The position numbers were made by a program, and so were the translations under genes. Positions 26,072 through 34,057 of a DNA stretch of 64,000 nucleotides are shown here, one piece after another. The DNA comes from a virus, in IMG/VR virus record IMGVR_UViG_3300050138_000621, positions 1 to 64,000 of that record; one strand, 5' to 3'. The notes under the pieces were generated by a model. That model was not told the DNA's origin. It saw only the letters and a program-made list of their open reading frames with translations, and made no database searches. Position 1 is the stretch's first letter. Every line of letters starts with the position of its first letter.

Positions 26072-26083
26072 CTATAGCGAACG
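26072..26083 (-). promoter_or_regulatory. 12-nt element CGTTCGCTATAG
   Basis: Exact match, 73 nt upstream of ATG 25998, directly after hairpin 26084-26098. Confidence 0.6.
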
Positions 26084-26098
26084 CCCCCCGTTGGGGGG
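26084..26098 (-). terminator. GC hairpin CCCCCC-AAC-GGGGGG after the replication-gene stop (no U tract)
   Basis: Perfect 6-bp G:C stem starting 8 nt downstream of stop 26106 and abutting the next 12-mer. Confidence 0.3.
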
Positions 26099-26105
26099 TC
26101 AGCGC

Positions 26106-27026
26106 TTAATAGGGGGCCGGAGCGTCGTCTTCAGGTGCCGCCAGCGAGTCGGGATTGAACGGCCTCTCCTGATCCTGCCAACGTTCGACAATGAACGTGT
26201 AGAGAAACCCAAGGTACGTACGATCTCCTCGGGCCCTGGACGCCTCAACGGCCCAATTGAGCCGCTCCGAAAAGGCGGACCAGTTCTCGGCGTTGATGTG
26301 CTTCGTGAACGCCTTCCGGGCGGTCGTGAGGTTGAACTCCTCGGGGTGCCGTCCGGCGTTCCCCCAAACCTCCCTGGTCACGTTCCACGACGCCTCGGGG
26401 TCGAACGGCCCAAATACCCCCACCTCGCCCTCGGTCTCGGGCGCCGCCGTCACCTCGGGTTCGGATTGTGGATCTTTTTCGGATTTCGACAGGCTGGGGG
26501 GGAGTGCTGACGGGAGAACGGGTGCCGGTTTTTTCTGAGTTGATCTGAGTTGATCTGAGTGGTCATTTTTGTCATTGCCGTCATTTTTCGTCAGCACTGA
26601 AGAATTCTGCGCACTTGGGCCAGCAGCAGCCTCCAGAGCGTTCCGCTCCTGCGTGTCCTTCGCTCGCTTGCGTTCCATGTACTCGCGTTGCCGGCGGGCG
26701 GCGGCCTCGCGCTTCTCGTCTGCCGACTGAGCGTCGCGGTACTTGGCGTGATTCAGGAGTTTCCATCCGCCGTCGACCTCGACCAAACGACGGCCCTCCC
26801 AATCCTTCGTTCGCGACTTGGGATCCGGAGCCGAAAACAGCGCCAGCGCCTTCTCCGTGATCTCCTCGGACACCAATGCGGCCCGAGCGATCCCTTCGCT
26901 ACTCGCGCCGATGTAACCGTCGCGGTCCGCCAGCGCCATGAGGGTGAACCAAACCTTAACGATCTCGGGGCGTTCCTTCCAAACGGTCGAGTAAATGATG
27001 TTCGTGTCCAGCTTCGTGTACGCCAT
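26106..27026 (-). CDS. putative replication initiator / replisome-organizer protein
   Basis: Winged-helix-like N-terminus (FTLMALADRDGYIGAS...GIARAAL), low-complexity linker whose DNA carries phased repeats, positioned next to the helicase gene. Confidence 0.35.
   Translation of the reverse strand: MAYTKLDTNIIYSTVWKERPEIVKVWFTLMALADRDGYIGASSEGIARAALVSEEITEKALALFSAPDPKSRTKDWEGRRLVEVDGGWKLLNHAKYRDAQSADEKREAAARRQREYMERKRAKDTQERNALEAAAGPSAQNSSVLTKNDGNDKNDHSDQLRSTQKKPAPVLPSALPPSLSKSEKDPQSEPEVTAAPETEGEVGVFGPFDPEASWNVTREVWGNAGRHPEEFNLTTARKAFTKHINAENWSAFSERLNWAVEASRARGDRTYLGFLYTFIVERWQDQERPFNPDSLAAPEDDAPAPY
26535..26593. repeat. phased short direct repeats: 3 x CTGAG at 10-bp spacing, then 4 x GTCA at 9/9/10-bp spacing, in a locally AT-richer patch (iteron / origin candidate)
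   Basis: ctgagttgatctgagttgatctgagtggtcatttttgtcattgccgtcatttttcgtca, inside the linker-coding part of 26106..27026. Confidence 0.45.
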
Positions 27027-27096
27027 CTAGTTTGGGGTCCCTTCGTTGCGGTGGACGTCAGCAATGACGTTGTGACGTTAGCAATGGTTGTCAGTC

Positions 27097-27108
27097 CTAT
27101 AGCGAACC
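27097..27108 (-). promoter_or_regulatory. 12-nt element, variant GGTTCGCTATAG
   Basis: 11/12 match, 70 nt upstream of ATG 27026. Divergent partner of 27126. Confidence 0.55.
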
Positions 27109-27125
27109 GCGTCGGCGAGGAGGGG

Positions 27126-27137
27126 CGTTCGCTATAG
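27126..27137 (+). promoter_or_regulatory. 12-nt element CGTTCGCTATAG
   Basis: Exact match, 10 nt upstream of ATG 27148. Confidence 0.6.
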
Positions 27138-27147
27138 GGGTTGTACG

Positions 27148-28683
27148 ATGATGCAGTGTGTCAAGCCCCCGACGAAGCGAACGCCGCCCTCGCTCGTTGC
27201 GGAGACGCCAACGAAACTCCGCATCAACGACATCAACGAAACCGAGCGGGCAGCGCTGGTTGAGGTGCTTTCGTACGTCGACAAGAAGGTCGATTACGCC
27301 CTCCGCAAACTCAAAGGCGGCAGCGCGTGGTTCATTCGGAACCAAGGCCGGGCGCTGTACCAGGCCCGACTCGAAGACCTCCAGCGGCAGCGGGATAAGT
27401 GTTTGCTGTTCAAGGACGAGAAGGGGTACTGGACGTACACCGGCGTCGCCAAGCTCGTCGCAGATACGATCGACACGCCTCCGCCGCGCATCTCCTACGC
27501 GATGCCGGAGCCCAAGTTGGTCCCGTGGGCCAAGGTGCCTGAGAAGAAGCTGCGGAAGTACCAGGAGGACATGGTCGCCGCGCTCATCGCCGCGGCGCCG
27601 TTCGGGCCGGCCGCGGTCGAGGTAGGGACCGGGCTCGGGAAGTCCCTCAGCGCTCTCCAGGTCGTGAAGGAGCTGGGGCTCCAGACCGTCGTGATGGCCC
27701 CGTCAGCGTCGATCGCTGGCCAGCTCTACAACGACTTCGTCGAGCACTTCGGCAAGGCCAAGGTCGGGATGTACGGCGACGGCAAGAAGGAATTCAAGAA
27801 GCAGTTCACGATTGCGATCGGAGCAAGCCTGACCCGCGTCGACGAGGGGTCCCCGGTATGGAAGGCGTTGTCGACCGCACAGGTCTTCATCGCCGACGAG
27901 AGCCACCAGACGCCGGCCGCCACGCTCGCCAAGGTGTGCTTCGGACTCCTGGCCTCTGCCCCCTACCGATTCTTCTTCAGTGGCACCCAGTTGAGGGGAG
28001 ACGGCCTGGACCTCGTCCTCGGTGGAATCACCGGACCCATCGTCTACACGATGTCGGTCCAGGACGGTGTCGACCAGGGCTTCCTCGCCAAGCCCGTGTT
28101 CCGGATGGTCTGGATGAAATCCACCGTCGAGTGCGACAGCGACGACGTCAATGATCTGACTCGCGCGCACGTTTACTACAACGAGTTAGTCAACAAGACC
28201 GCTGCAATGTTCGCCAACAAGGCGGTTGCCGTCATGGGGCGACCGACGCTCATCCTCATCGACGAGCTGGAGCAGTTCTCCAAGCTCCTGCCGTACCTCG
28301 GGTACGACGTTCGATTTGCCCACGGTGGCGTGACCTCGGAGAACAAGAAGTTCGTCCCCGAGAAGTACCACGACAGCGATCCGGACCTGTTCGTCGAGGA
28401 GTTCAACGACGGCAAATTCCCAATTCTGGTTGGGACGTCCTGCATTGCGACGGGAACCGACATCAAGGTCGCTGCGGCAATTATCTACCTCCGCGGTGGC
28501 AAGTCCGAGGTTGAAGTTCGCCAGGGCGCGGTCGGCCGCGGAACCCGGCTTGTGCCTGGGAAACAAGACTGCGTGGTCATCGACTTCGGAATCGAGAACG
28601 TAGAGCCCCTGAAGCGCCACGCCGAGGCCCGCCGAGCCATCTACAAGTCCGTGTACCCATCGTACACCGAGATCCGTCTCTAA
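27148..28683 (+). CDS. superfamily-2 (DExH) DNA helicase
   Basis: Motif I VGTGLGKS, motif II FIADESHQ, motif VI QGAVGRGTR. A 12-mer lies 10 nt upstream. Confidence 0.75.
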   Translation: MMQCVKPPTKRTPPSLVAETPTKLRINDINETERAALVEVLSYVDKKVDYALRKLKGGSAWFIRNQGRALYQARLEDLQRQRDKCLLFKDEKGYWTYTGVAKLVADTIDTPPPRISYAMPEPKLVPWAKVPEKKLRKYQEDMVAALIAAAPFGPAAVEVGTGLGKSLSALQVVKELGLQTVVMAPSASIAGQLYNDFVEHFGKAKVGMYGDGKKEFKKQFTIAIGASLTRVDEGSPVWKALSTAQVFIADESHQTPAATLAKVCFGLLASAPYRFFFSGTQLRGDGLDLVLGGITGPIVYTMSVQDGVDQGFLAKPVFRMVWMKSTVECDSDDVNDLTRAHVYYNELVNKTAAMFANKAVAVMGRPTLILIDELEQFSKLLPYLGYDVRFAHGGVTSENKKFVPEKYHDSDPDLFVEEFNDGKFPILVGTSCIATGTDIKVAAAIIYLRGGKSEVEVRQGAVGRGTRLVPGKQDCVVIDFGIENVEPLKRHAEARRAIYKSVYPSYTEIRL

Positions 28684-28769
28684 ACCTGTGCCCCGTAAAG
28701 GAACCATGGCCCGCCCAAGCAGCACTCAGCGGACGAAAAAAGCCCAAAACGACGACCTATTTGGAAGCA

Positions 28770-29066
28770 ATGGAGAGTTCGTGGCCTCGGGGCCGCTATC
28801 TCGTCGAGTTGATAGAAGGAAGCACGAAGACCAGGACCGAAAAGGACACGATCAAGGCCCTGCGGTTCGCAAAGGAGAGGCTGAACCAAGAGATTGATCG
28901 CCTCGCGAAGAAGCGCACCTCCGTCCTAGCCTCCCTGGTCCGACTCTGTACCCACCCACTCGAACAAACCCAAATCACAGAGACCCACGAAGAGGCCGAG
29001 GACGTCTACACAGTCACCTGTGGCAGCTGCTCGGCCGAGTTGCGCGTTCACAAAAAGGAAATCTGA
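28770..29066 (+). CDS. hypothetical protein (coiled coil plus C-terminal CGSC)
   Basis: ATG 28770 within ORF 28761..29066. Confidence 0.5.
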   Translation: MESSWPRGRYLVELIEGSTKTRTEKDTIKALRFAKERLNQEIDRLAKKRTSVLASLVRLCTHPLEQTQITETHEEAEDVYTVTCGSCSAELRVHKKEI

Positions 29067-30107
29067 ATGAAAACGACCACCGTTGACGAGCATTTTCGCC
29101 AATTCGCCCATTCCGTCGAATTGGGGATCCGACACGTGGGGGCCAAGGACCGTAATGGCCACCAGCTCGACGCGGTAAACACACTCCTCGACCTGGAGGA
29201 CCGGTTCAAGGTCGCGATCCTGCGGTCGAAGCACAAAATCGACGTGTACTCGGCCTTCATCGACCACATCCGCCTCGAACGCCACAACATCCTCGACGCC
29301 CGTCCGTTCTTCCGAGAGCGCAAAGAGACGTTCTCGGACCAGATCAGCGATGCGTTCAAGCAGGAACGCCCGGAAATTCTCTTCAGGTACCGGATCAACT
29401 ACCGATTCGTTACGTTCGTCATGGGGCTCGGCCTGTTCATCCCGACGAGCCGGGTGGCAGTGCTCGCGAAGAAGATCGAAGCCCTCCGACAGGAGCTGGC
29501 GGTCGTCCTGCTTCCCTTGTGCATCAACCGGGCGCGTGTTTTCTACCGCAAGACCCCGAAGGCGCACTTGGCCCACATGGACATGGTCCAGAACGCGTTC
29601 GAGGGCCTGCTCTGCGGGATGGACAAATATTGCCCCGAAGAGGGCCAGCCCATCGACATGGTGGTCTTCCGCTCGACGGTCATCGGCCGCATCTCCGGCA
29701 ACCTGATCTCGGACTACAACCAGACCGCGATCCACTTCTACCCGTTGGAGCGTCGCAAGCTCTACCGCGCCCGCAAGGCGGCCGTCAGGGCGGTCGCCGG
29801 GGGAATGGATTCCGCCCAAATTGCCTCGATCGTGAACGAAGACCTCGGCGCGGAGAACACCGAGCTTCACACCACGGCCTCGGAAATCGCGGAGCTGATG
29901 GCGGCGTCGTCGCCGGTATCGGCGGACAGTGCTCCAATCCAAGATCCCGAGGCAATTGGGCTGCTCGACCGTTACGCAGCGCCGGAGGAAGGGCGACCGG
30001 ATGTGTTGGTTGAGGAAAAGGGCGCGATGTCGTCGTTGGCGAGGGCATTTGCTCAATTGACCCCGTACGAACAGAAATTCATGAGGCTGCGGGGCGTACG
30101 CCTGTAA
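29067..30107 (+). CDS. divergent sigma-70-family factor apparently lacking region 4.2
   Basis: Region-2-like MDMVQNAFEGLLCGMDKYCPEEG...FRSTVIGRISGNLISDY. C-terminus LTPYEQKFMRLRGVRL resembles region 4.1, then stops. Confidence 0.55.
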   Translation: MKTTTVDEHFRQFAHSVELGIRHVGAKDRNGHQLDAVNTLLDLEDRFKVAILRSKHKIDVYSAFIDHIRLERHNILDARPFFRERKETFSDQISDAFKQERPEILFRYRINYRFVTFVMGLGLFIPTSRVAVLAKKIEALRQELAVVLLPLCINRARVFYRKTPKAHLAHMDMVQNAFEGLLCGMDKYCPEEGQPIDMVVFRSTVIGRISGNLISDYNQTAIHFYPLERRKLYRARKAAVRAVAGGMDSAQIASIVNEDLGAENTELHTTASEIAELMAASSPVSADSAPIQDPEAIGLLDRYAAPEEGRPDVLVEEKGAMSSLARAFAQLTPYEQKFMRLRGVRL

Positions 30108-30110
30108 GGG

Positions 30111-30122
30111 CGTTCGCTATAG
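30111..30122 (+). promoter_or_regulatory. 12-nt element CGTTCGCTATAG
   Basis: Exact match, 3 nt after the sigma-gene stop and 45 nt upstream of ATG 30168. Confidence 0.6.
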
Positions 30123-30167
30123 GGAAGGGTAAGGGAAGATTCGTCTCCCCACCGAAAGGAAATGTAG

Positions 30168-31004
30168 ATGCCGACCGACTTCTTCGACGATGAGAACCAG
30201 ACCGAGGTCCCGAGTACGGAGTTCGAAGAGGACGGCGGCATCGACCTGGGAGGAGCGGGCTTCGAGGCGGAAGCAGTTGCCGAGGATTTCGTCGCCAACA
30301 TGACGAGGGAGTCGACCGACATCGCCAACATGAGCGAAGCGGAGCGCCGCCTGGACATCGCCAGCTACTACCGTCAGCTCTTGCGCGGTTCGATCTTCGA
30401 AAGTAACGAGCCAGGCGCGCGCCAGGTCAACTCCGAGTTGGCGGCCTTCGCTGAGGGAAGGCTCCAGATTCTCCTGGGCATACGTGCCGACCACCAGCCC
30501 ATCGCGATAGTGAAGCCGCAATTCAGCGACGAGGAAGCAGCGTCGTTGCGCAAGTTCGCCGCCATGTCGGAAGCAGAGCTGAGGGTTCTCCGGGCCCTGC
30601 TCGCGACCGCGGCCCGCTCCAAGAGCGTCGTGGGCGCGCCGGCGGTCAAGGATCAGCCGGCCCCAGCGAAGGCCGGTCTCGTTCAGCAGGCAGTGAAGCC
30701 TGTCCCGACCATCAGGAGAGTCGCGGCTCCGATCAGCGCTCCGGCACCTGCCCCCCGCACCGCCAGACCTGCAGCGCAGCCGCAGCCGCAGCCGCAGCCG
30801 GCGTCGCGACCTCGTCCTCCCGCCCAGCAGCCCCAGCCGGCCGAAGCGCCATCCGCGGGCCCGCCCAAGCCACTCCGTATGCCCAGAGGGAAGGCAATGG
30901 AGGGCGTGATGATGCACACGGCGATCTCTCAGGCGACCTCGGGCGAGCGCATCGACGAGGCCTATCGCAGCGGACGTTCCGGCGACACCAAAGTTCAACG
31001 CTAG
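30168..31004 (+). CDS. hypothetical protein (acidic N-terminus, Pro/Gln-rich C-terminal half)
   Basis: 278-aa ORF. A 12-mer lies 45 nt upstream, with an AGGAAA RBS. Confidence 0.6.
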   Translation: MPTDFFDDENQTEVPSTEFEEDGGIDLGGAGFEAEAVAEDFVANMTRESTDIANMSEAERRLDIASYYRQLLRGSIFESNEPGARQVNSELAAFAEGRLQILLGIRADHQPIAIVKPQFSDEEAASLRKFAAMSEAELRVLRALLATAARSKSVVGAPAVKDQPAPAKAGLVQQAVKPVPTIRRVAAPISAPAPAPRTARPAAQPQPQPQPASRPRPPAQQPQPAEAPSAGPPKPLRMPRGKAMEGVMMHTAISQATSGERIDEAYRSGRSGDTKVQR

Positions 31005-31055
31005 CAACGTTCCGCGTAGCGGCGCGACAAGACCAAACAACAAGGAGATTCAAGT

Positions 31056-31745
31056 ATGGGTTCAGGTATCGGCAAACGGGCAAACGACAACGCTCTCTCG
31101 GCTCTGCAACGGATCGCTCGGGCGGAGGGCCAGATCGCTCTCTTGAACGAGGACCGAATGAAGTTCATCGAGGCTATCAACGGCGTCATCGCACAGCAGA
31201 GAGAGAAGCTGTCGACCATCGAAGGCGTCGTCAACGCGATCGTCGACGTCCTGGACAAGACGACGTCCAACTTGGTCGCGAGCAAAACCCTCACGATCAG
31301 CCCCGGGACCGTCCTGGAGACCTTGAAGACACATCTGGCGATCCGTAAGGCGGCCCAGGTCGAGCGCGACAAGGCGGCAATCGCAACCTTGACCGAGAAC
31401 GGATCGCTGGTGGCGTCCGAGGAGATCGCCGAGGACTCGCTGATCGTCGGCGAAGAGCTGAACGACAAGGACGGCGGCCCGGGATGGGTCCAGATGGAGT
31501 TCGGCAACGTCCTGGAGGAGTTCCAAGCGCTCCTGATTGGGAAGCACGTCGGCGACGAGGTCCTGCTCGGGGCGCACACGCTCGTCGTGAAGGAGATCTA
31601 CAAGATCGTCCCGACCGTGGACGTGCCGTCAGCGAGCGAAGCTCCGCCGGTGCCGACCGAAGAGGCCCCGGGGACCGGCTACGTCGCCCAGACGTTCGCC
31701 GAGGCGCAGATCCCCGCCGACAACGCCACCGCCGAGGTGGCTTAG
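31056..31745 (+). CDS. hypothetical coiled-coil protein
   Basis: 229-aa ORF with an AAGGAG RBS. Confidence 0.6.
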   Translation: MGSGIGKRANDNALSALQRIARAEGQIALLNEDRMKFIEAINGVIAQQREKLSTIEGVVNAIVDVLDKTTSNLVASKTLTISPGTVLETLKTHLAIRKAAQVERDKAAIATLTENGSLVASEEIAEDSLIVGEELNDKDGGPGWVQMEFGNVLEEFQALLIGKHVGDEVLLGAHTLVVKEIYKIVPTVDVPSASEAPPVPTEEAPGTGYVAQTFAEAQIPADNATAEVA

Positions 31746-31748
31746 TCC

Positions 31749-33356
31749 ATGTCGAACGCCCCCCAATGTCCCAATTGCAACGGGGACATGAAGCCCCGCT
31801 CGAAGTCGCCCGGCGGCAAGACCCGCTGGGAGTGCAGGACCTGGGAAGGAGGAGTCGAGCGCTACTGCTACTCGACCACCACCCCGGGTGCTCCTGCCAA
31901 GGCTTCGAACGGGCGCTCCAGGGGGGCGAAGAAGAGCCCGGTGTTCAAGCGCAAGCTCAAGGACACCCAGGTCTACGTAATCACTGCGGCCCAGAACTCA
32001 ACGCCTGTCCACCCGGTGTTCTGGGGCGGACTCCGACAGATCGTGAAGCACCGCAACGCCGAGTTGATGGTGGTGCCGATCCGCTACAAGAACCCGACCA
32101 GTCGCTGGACGAACTCCCAGGCGAACGCTGAGATCTGGGTCGAAGAAGTCCGGCCGTTCCTCTGGAACCAGCGCAAAGTCCTGAACCAGAACCTGGTGCT
32201 GTTGGGCGACGTCAAGACGCAGCCCACCGCGGTGAGCCCCCTTTCGGGCTTCGATCCTATTTCTGGGGCGTCGAGCGCAATCCTAGGTCACACGAAGCTG
32301 GAGCTGAACTCGGTCGCGACGCCGTCCAATCGGATGGCGAAGATCATGACGACCACTGGCGCCTGCACGGTTCCAAACTACACGGACAGCAAGGCGGGAC
32401 GCCTAGGTAAGTTCCATCACGCGCTCGCGGCCGTGATCGTCGAGGTTGTGGGGAAGACGTTTTTTCTTCGCCATCTCAACTTCGACACGAAGACGGAGAG
32501 CTTCACGGATATCGGCACCCGTTATTACGAGGACCGCCATGAGCCGGCTCCGCGCGCCCTCGCGCTCATCATGGGGGACACCCACACCGACTTCATTTCG
32601 AAGGAGGTGGAGGCGGCCACCTTTGGGACCGACGGCATCGTCGAGGTCATCAAGCCCCAGCACCTGATCTGGCACGATCTACTCGACGGCTACGCTGTGA
32701 ACCCGCATCACAAGGGCAATCCTTTCAACAGTATCGCCAAGATCCAGGGCGGCCGTTCTGACATCAAGGCGGAGGTCGAGCGTGCCTGCCACTTCGTCAA
32801 GGATCACACGCCGGCCGACACACTCTCGGTGATCGTGCCCAGCAACCACGATGACTTCCTTCGACGCTGGATCGTCACGGCCGACTGGAAGACGGAGCCC
32901 GGCAACGCTGAATTCTACCTGGCGACCGCGCTGGAGATGGTCCGGCGGACTCGGTTTGTTGAGGGCTTCGGGACCTGGTACCCGAGCCCGTTCCCGATGA
33001 TCTTTCGGCGGACCGTCGAATGCAGCAACGTCGAGCTTCTAGAATCGGACCCGGAGCGCCCGGAGAAGAGCTTCACTCTAGCCGGCATCGAGTTGAGCAT
33101 GCACGGCGACCGCGGCCCGAACGGAGCACGCGGCAGCATCCAGAACCACAAGCGCCTCGGCGTCCGCTCCGTCATCGGGCACTCGCACAGCCCCGGCATC
33201 AAAGAGGGCGCCTACCAGTGCGGCACCAGCACGAACCTGCGGCTGGAGTACACCGGTGGCCCAAGCAGTTGGCTGAACTGCCACTGCGTCATCAACGCGG
33301 ACGGCAAGCGCCAGCTCCTCATCATCGTTGGGGACAATTGGCGGGGCGACATTTAG
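31749..33356 (+). CDS. metallophosphoesterase with N-terminal zinc ribbon
   Basis: CPNCNG...WEC at the N-terminus. Ordered GDTHTD, HDLLDG, SNHDDF, HGDRG, GHSHSPG motifs. Confidence 0.55.
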   Translation: MSNAPQCPNCNGDMKPRSKSPGGKTRWECRTWEGGVERYCYSTTTPGAPAKASNGRSRGAKKSPVFKRKLKDTQVYVITAAQNSTPVHPVFWGGLRQIVKHRNAELMVVPIRYKNPTSRWTNSQANAEIWVEEVRPFLWNQRKVLNQNLVLLGDVKTQPTAVSPLSGFDPISGASSAILGHTKLELNSVATPSNRMAKIMTTTGACTVPNYTDSKAGRLGKFHHALAAVIVEVVGKTFFLRHLNFDTKTESFTDIGTRYYEDRHEPAPRALALIMGDTHTDFISKEVEAATFGTDGIVEVIKPQHLIWHDLLDGYAVNPHHKGNPFNSIAKIQGGRSDIKAEVERACHFVKDHTPADTLSVIVPSNHDDFLRRWIVTADWKTEPGNAEFYLATALEMVRRTRFVEGFGTWYPSPFPMIFRRTVECSNVELLESDPERPEKSFTLAGIELSMHGDRGPNGARGSIQNHKRLGVRSVIGHSHSPGIKEGAYQCGTSTNLRLEYTGGPSSWLNCHCVINADGKRQLLIIVGDNWRGDI

Positions 33357-33788
33357 GTGACCGCGCTCGACGAGATCTGTTTCCTTGAGCAGCAGATCCA
33401 CGACCTGGTCCGTTCGTCTCAGGAGTACGAGGGCCGCGCGGTCCGGGCACGGATAGACATCAAGAAGCTTCAAGCGACCCTGGAGAAAGCAGCGATAGAT
33501 CGGCAATTCCACGAGAACAACGTCCTCCACGTCAAACGGACCGACATGGAACTCCCGGTGAACCTCATGGATTTCGCCAAGTCCAAAAAGAACCTCCAGA
33601 AGGCCCAAATCAGCTACGAGAACGCGAAGGTTGGCATCCTGCATGCGGAAGGGGTCATTTCGAGGTGCCAAGAGGATGTGGACGGCAACGCGAGGCGCAT
33701 CGCCTCAATCAGGGCACGCCTGGCCGAGTACGGACAGGTCCTCGAATTCCCAGAGCTTCTAAAGGAGTCAGCAAATGGAAACGAATGA
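33357..33788 (+). CDS. hypothetical coiled-coil protein
   Basis: 143-aa ORF with a GTG start abutting the upstream stop. Confidence 0.5.
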   Translation: MTALDEICFLEQQIHDLVRSSQEYEGRAVRARIDIKKLQATLEKAAIDRQFHENNVLHVKRTDMELPVNLMDFAKSKKNLQKAQISYENAKVGILHAEGVISRCQEDVDGNARRIASIRARLAEYGQVLEFPELLKESANGNE

Positions 33789-34032
33789 AAAGAACGCGGC
33801 TGAGCTGGCGACGCCTCGCGTGAAGGCTGAGGACCCACGCGAGCGCGTCCTCCGGGACTACGATTTTGTGAACGCCAAGCGAATGAATAACTCGCTGGCG
33901 GTCGTTGAGGAGAAGTATGCGGAAGGGGCTCCGGACCACGTCATTGCGACGTTGCTGGCGATCACCGTAGAAGAGGTCGAGCAGGAGAACAAAGCGATCA
34001 CGGAGAAGCTGCGTCGTTTGATGAAGGTGTAG
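33775..34032 (+). CDS. hypothetical protein
   Basis: 85-aa ORF. Confidence 0.5.
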   Translation: METNEKNAAELATPRVKAEDPRERVLRDYDFVNAKRMNNSLAVVEEKYAEGAPDHVIATLLAITVEEVEQENKAITEKLRRLMKV

Positions 34033-34036
34033 GGAG

Positions 34037-34048
34037 CGTTCGCTATAG
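34037..34048 (+). promoter_or_regulatory. 12-nt element CGTTCGCTATAG
   Basis: Exact match, 9 nt upstream of the dnaE ATG 34058. Confidence 0.6.
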
Positions 34049-34057
34049 ACCGAGTAG

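Noticed and set aside
28688-28897. 69-aa ORF overlapping the start of 28770..29066.
   Set aside because: Its composition is basic and low-complexity, and it overlaps a more protein-like frame. The 86-nt gap after the helicase gene may simply be untranslated.
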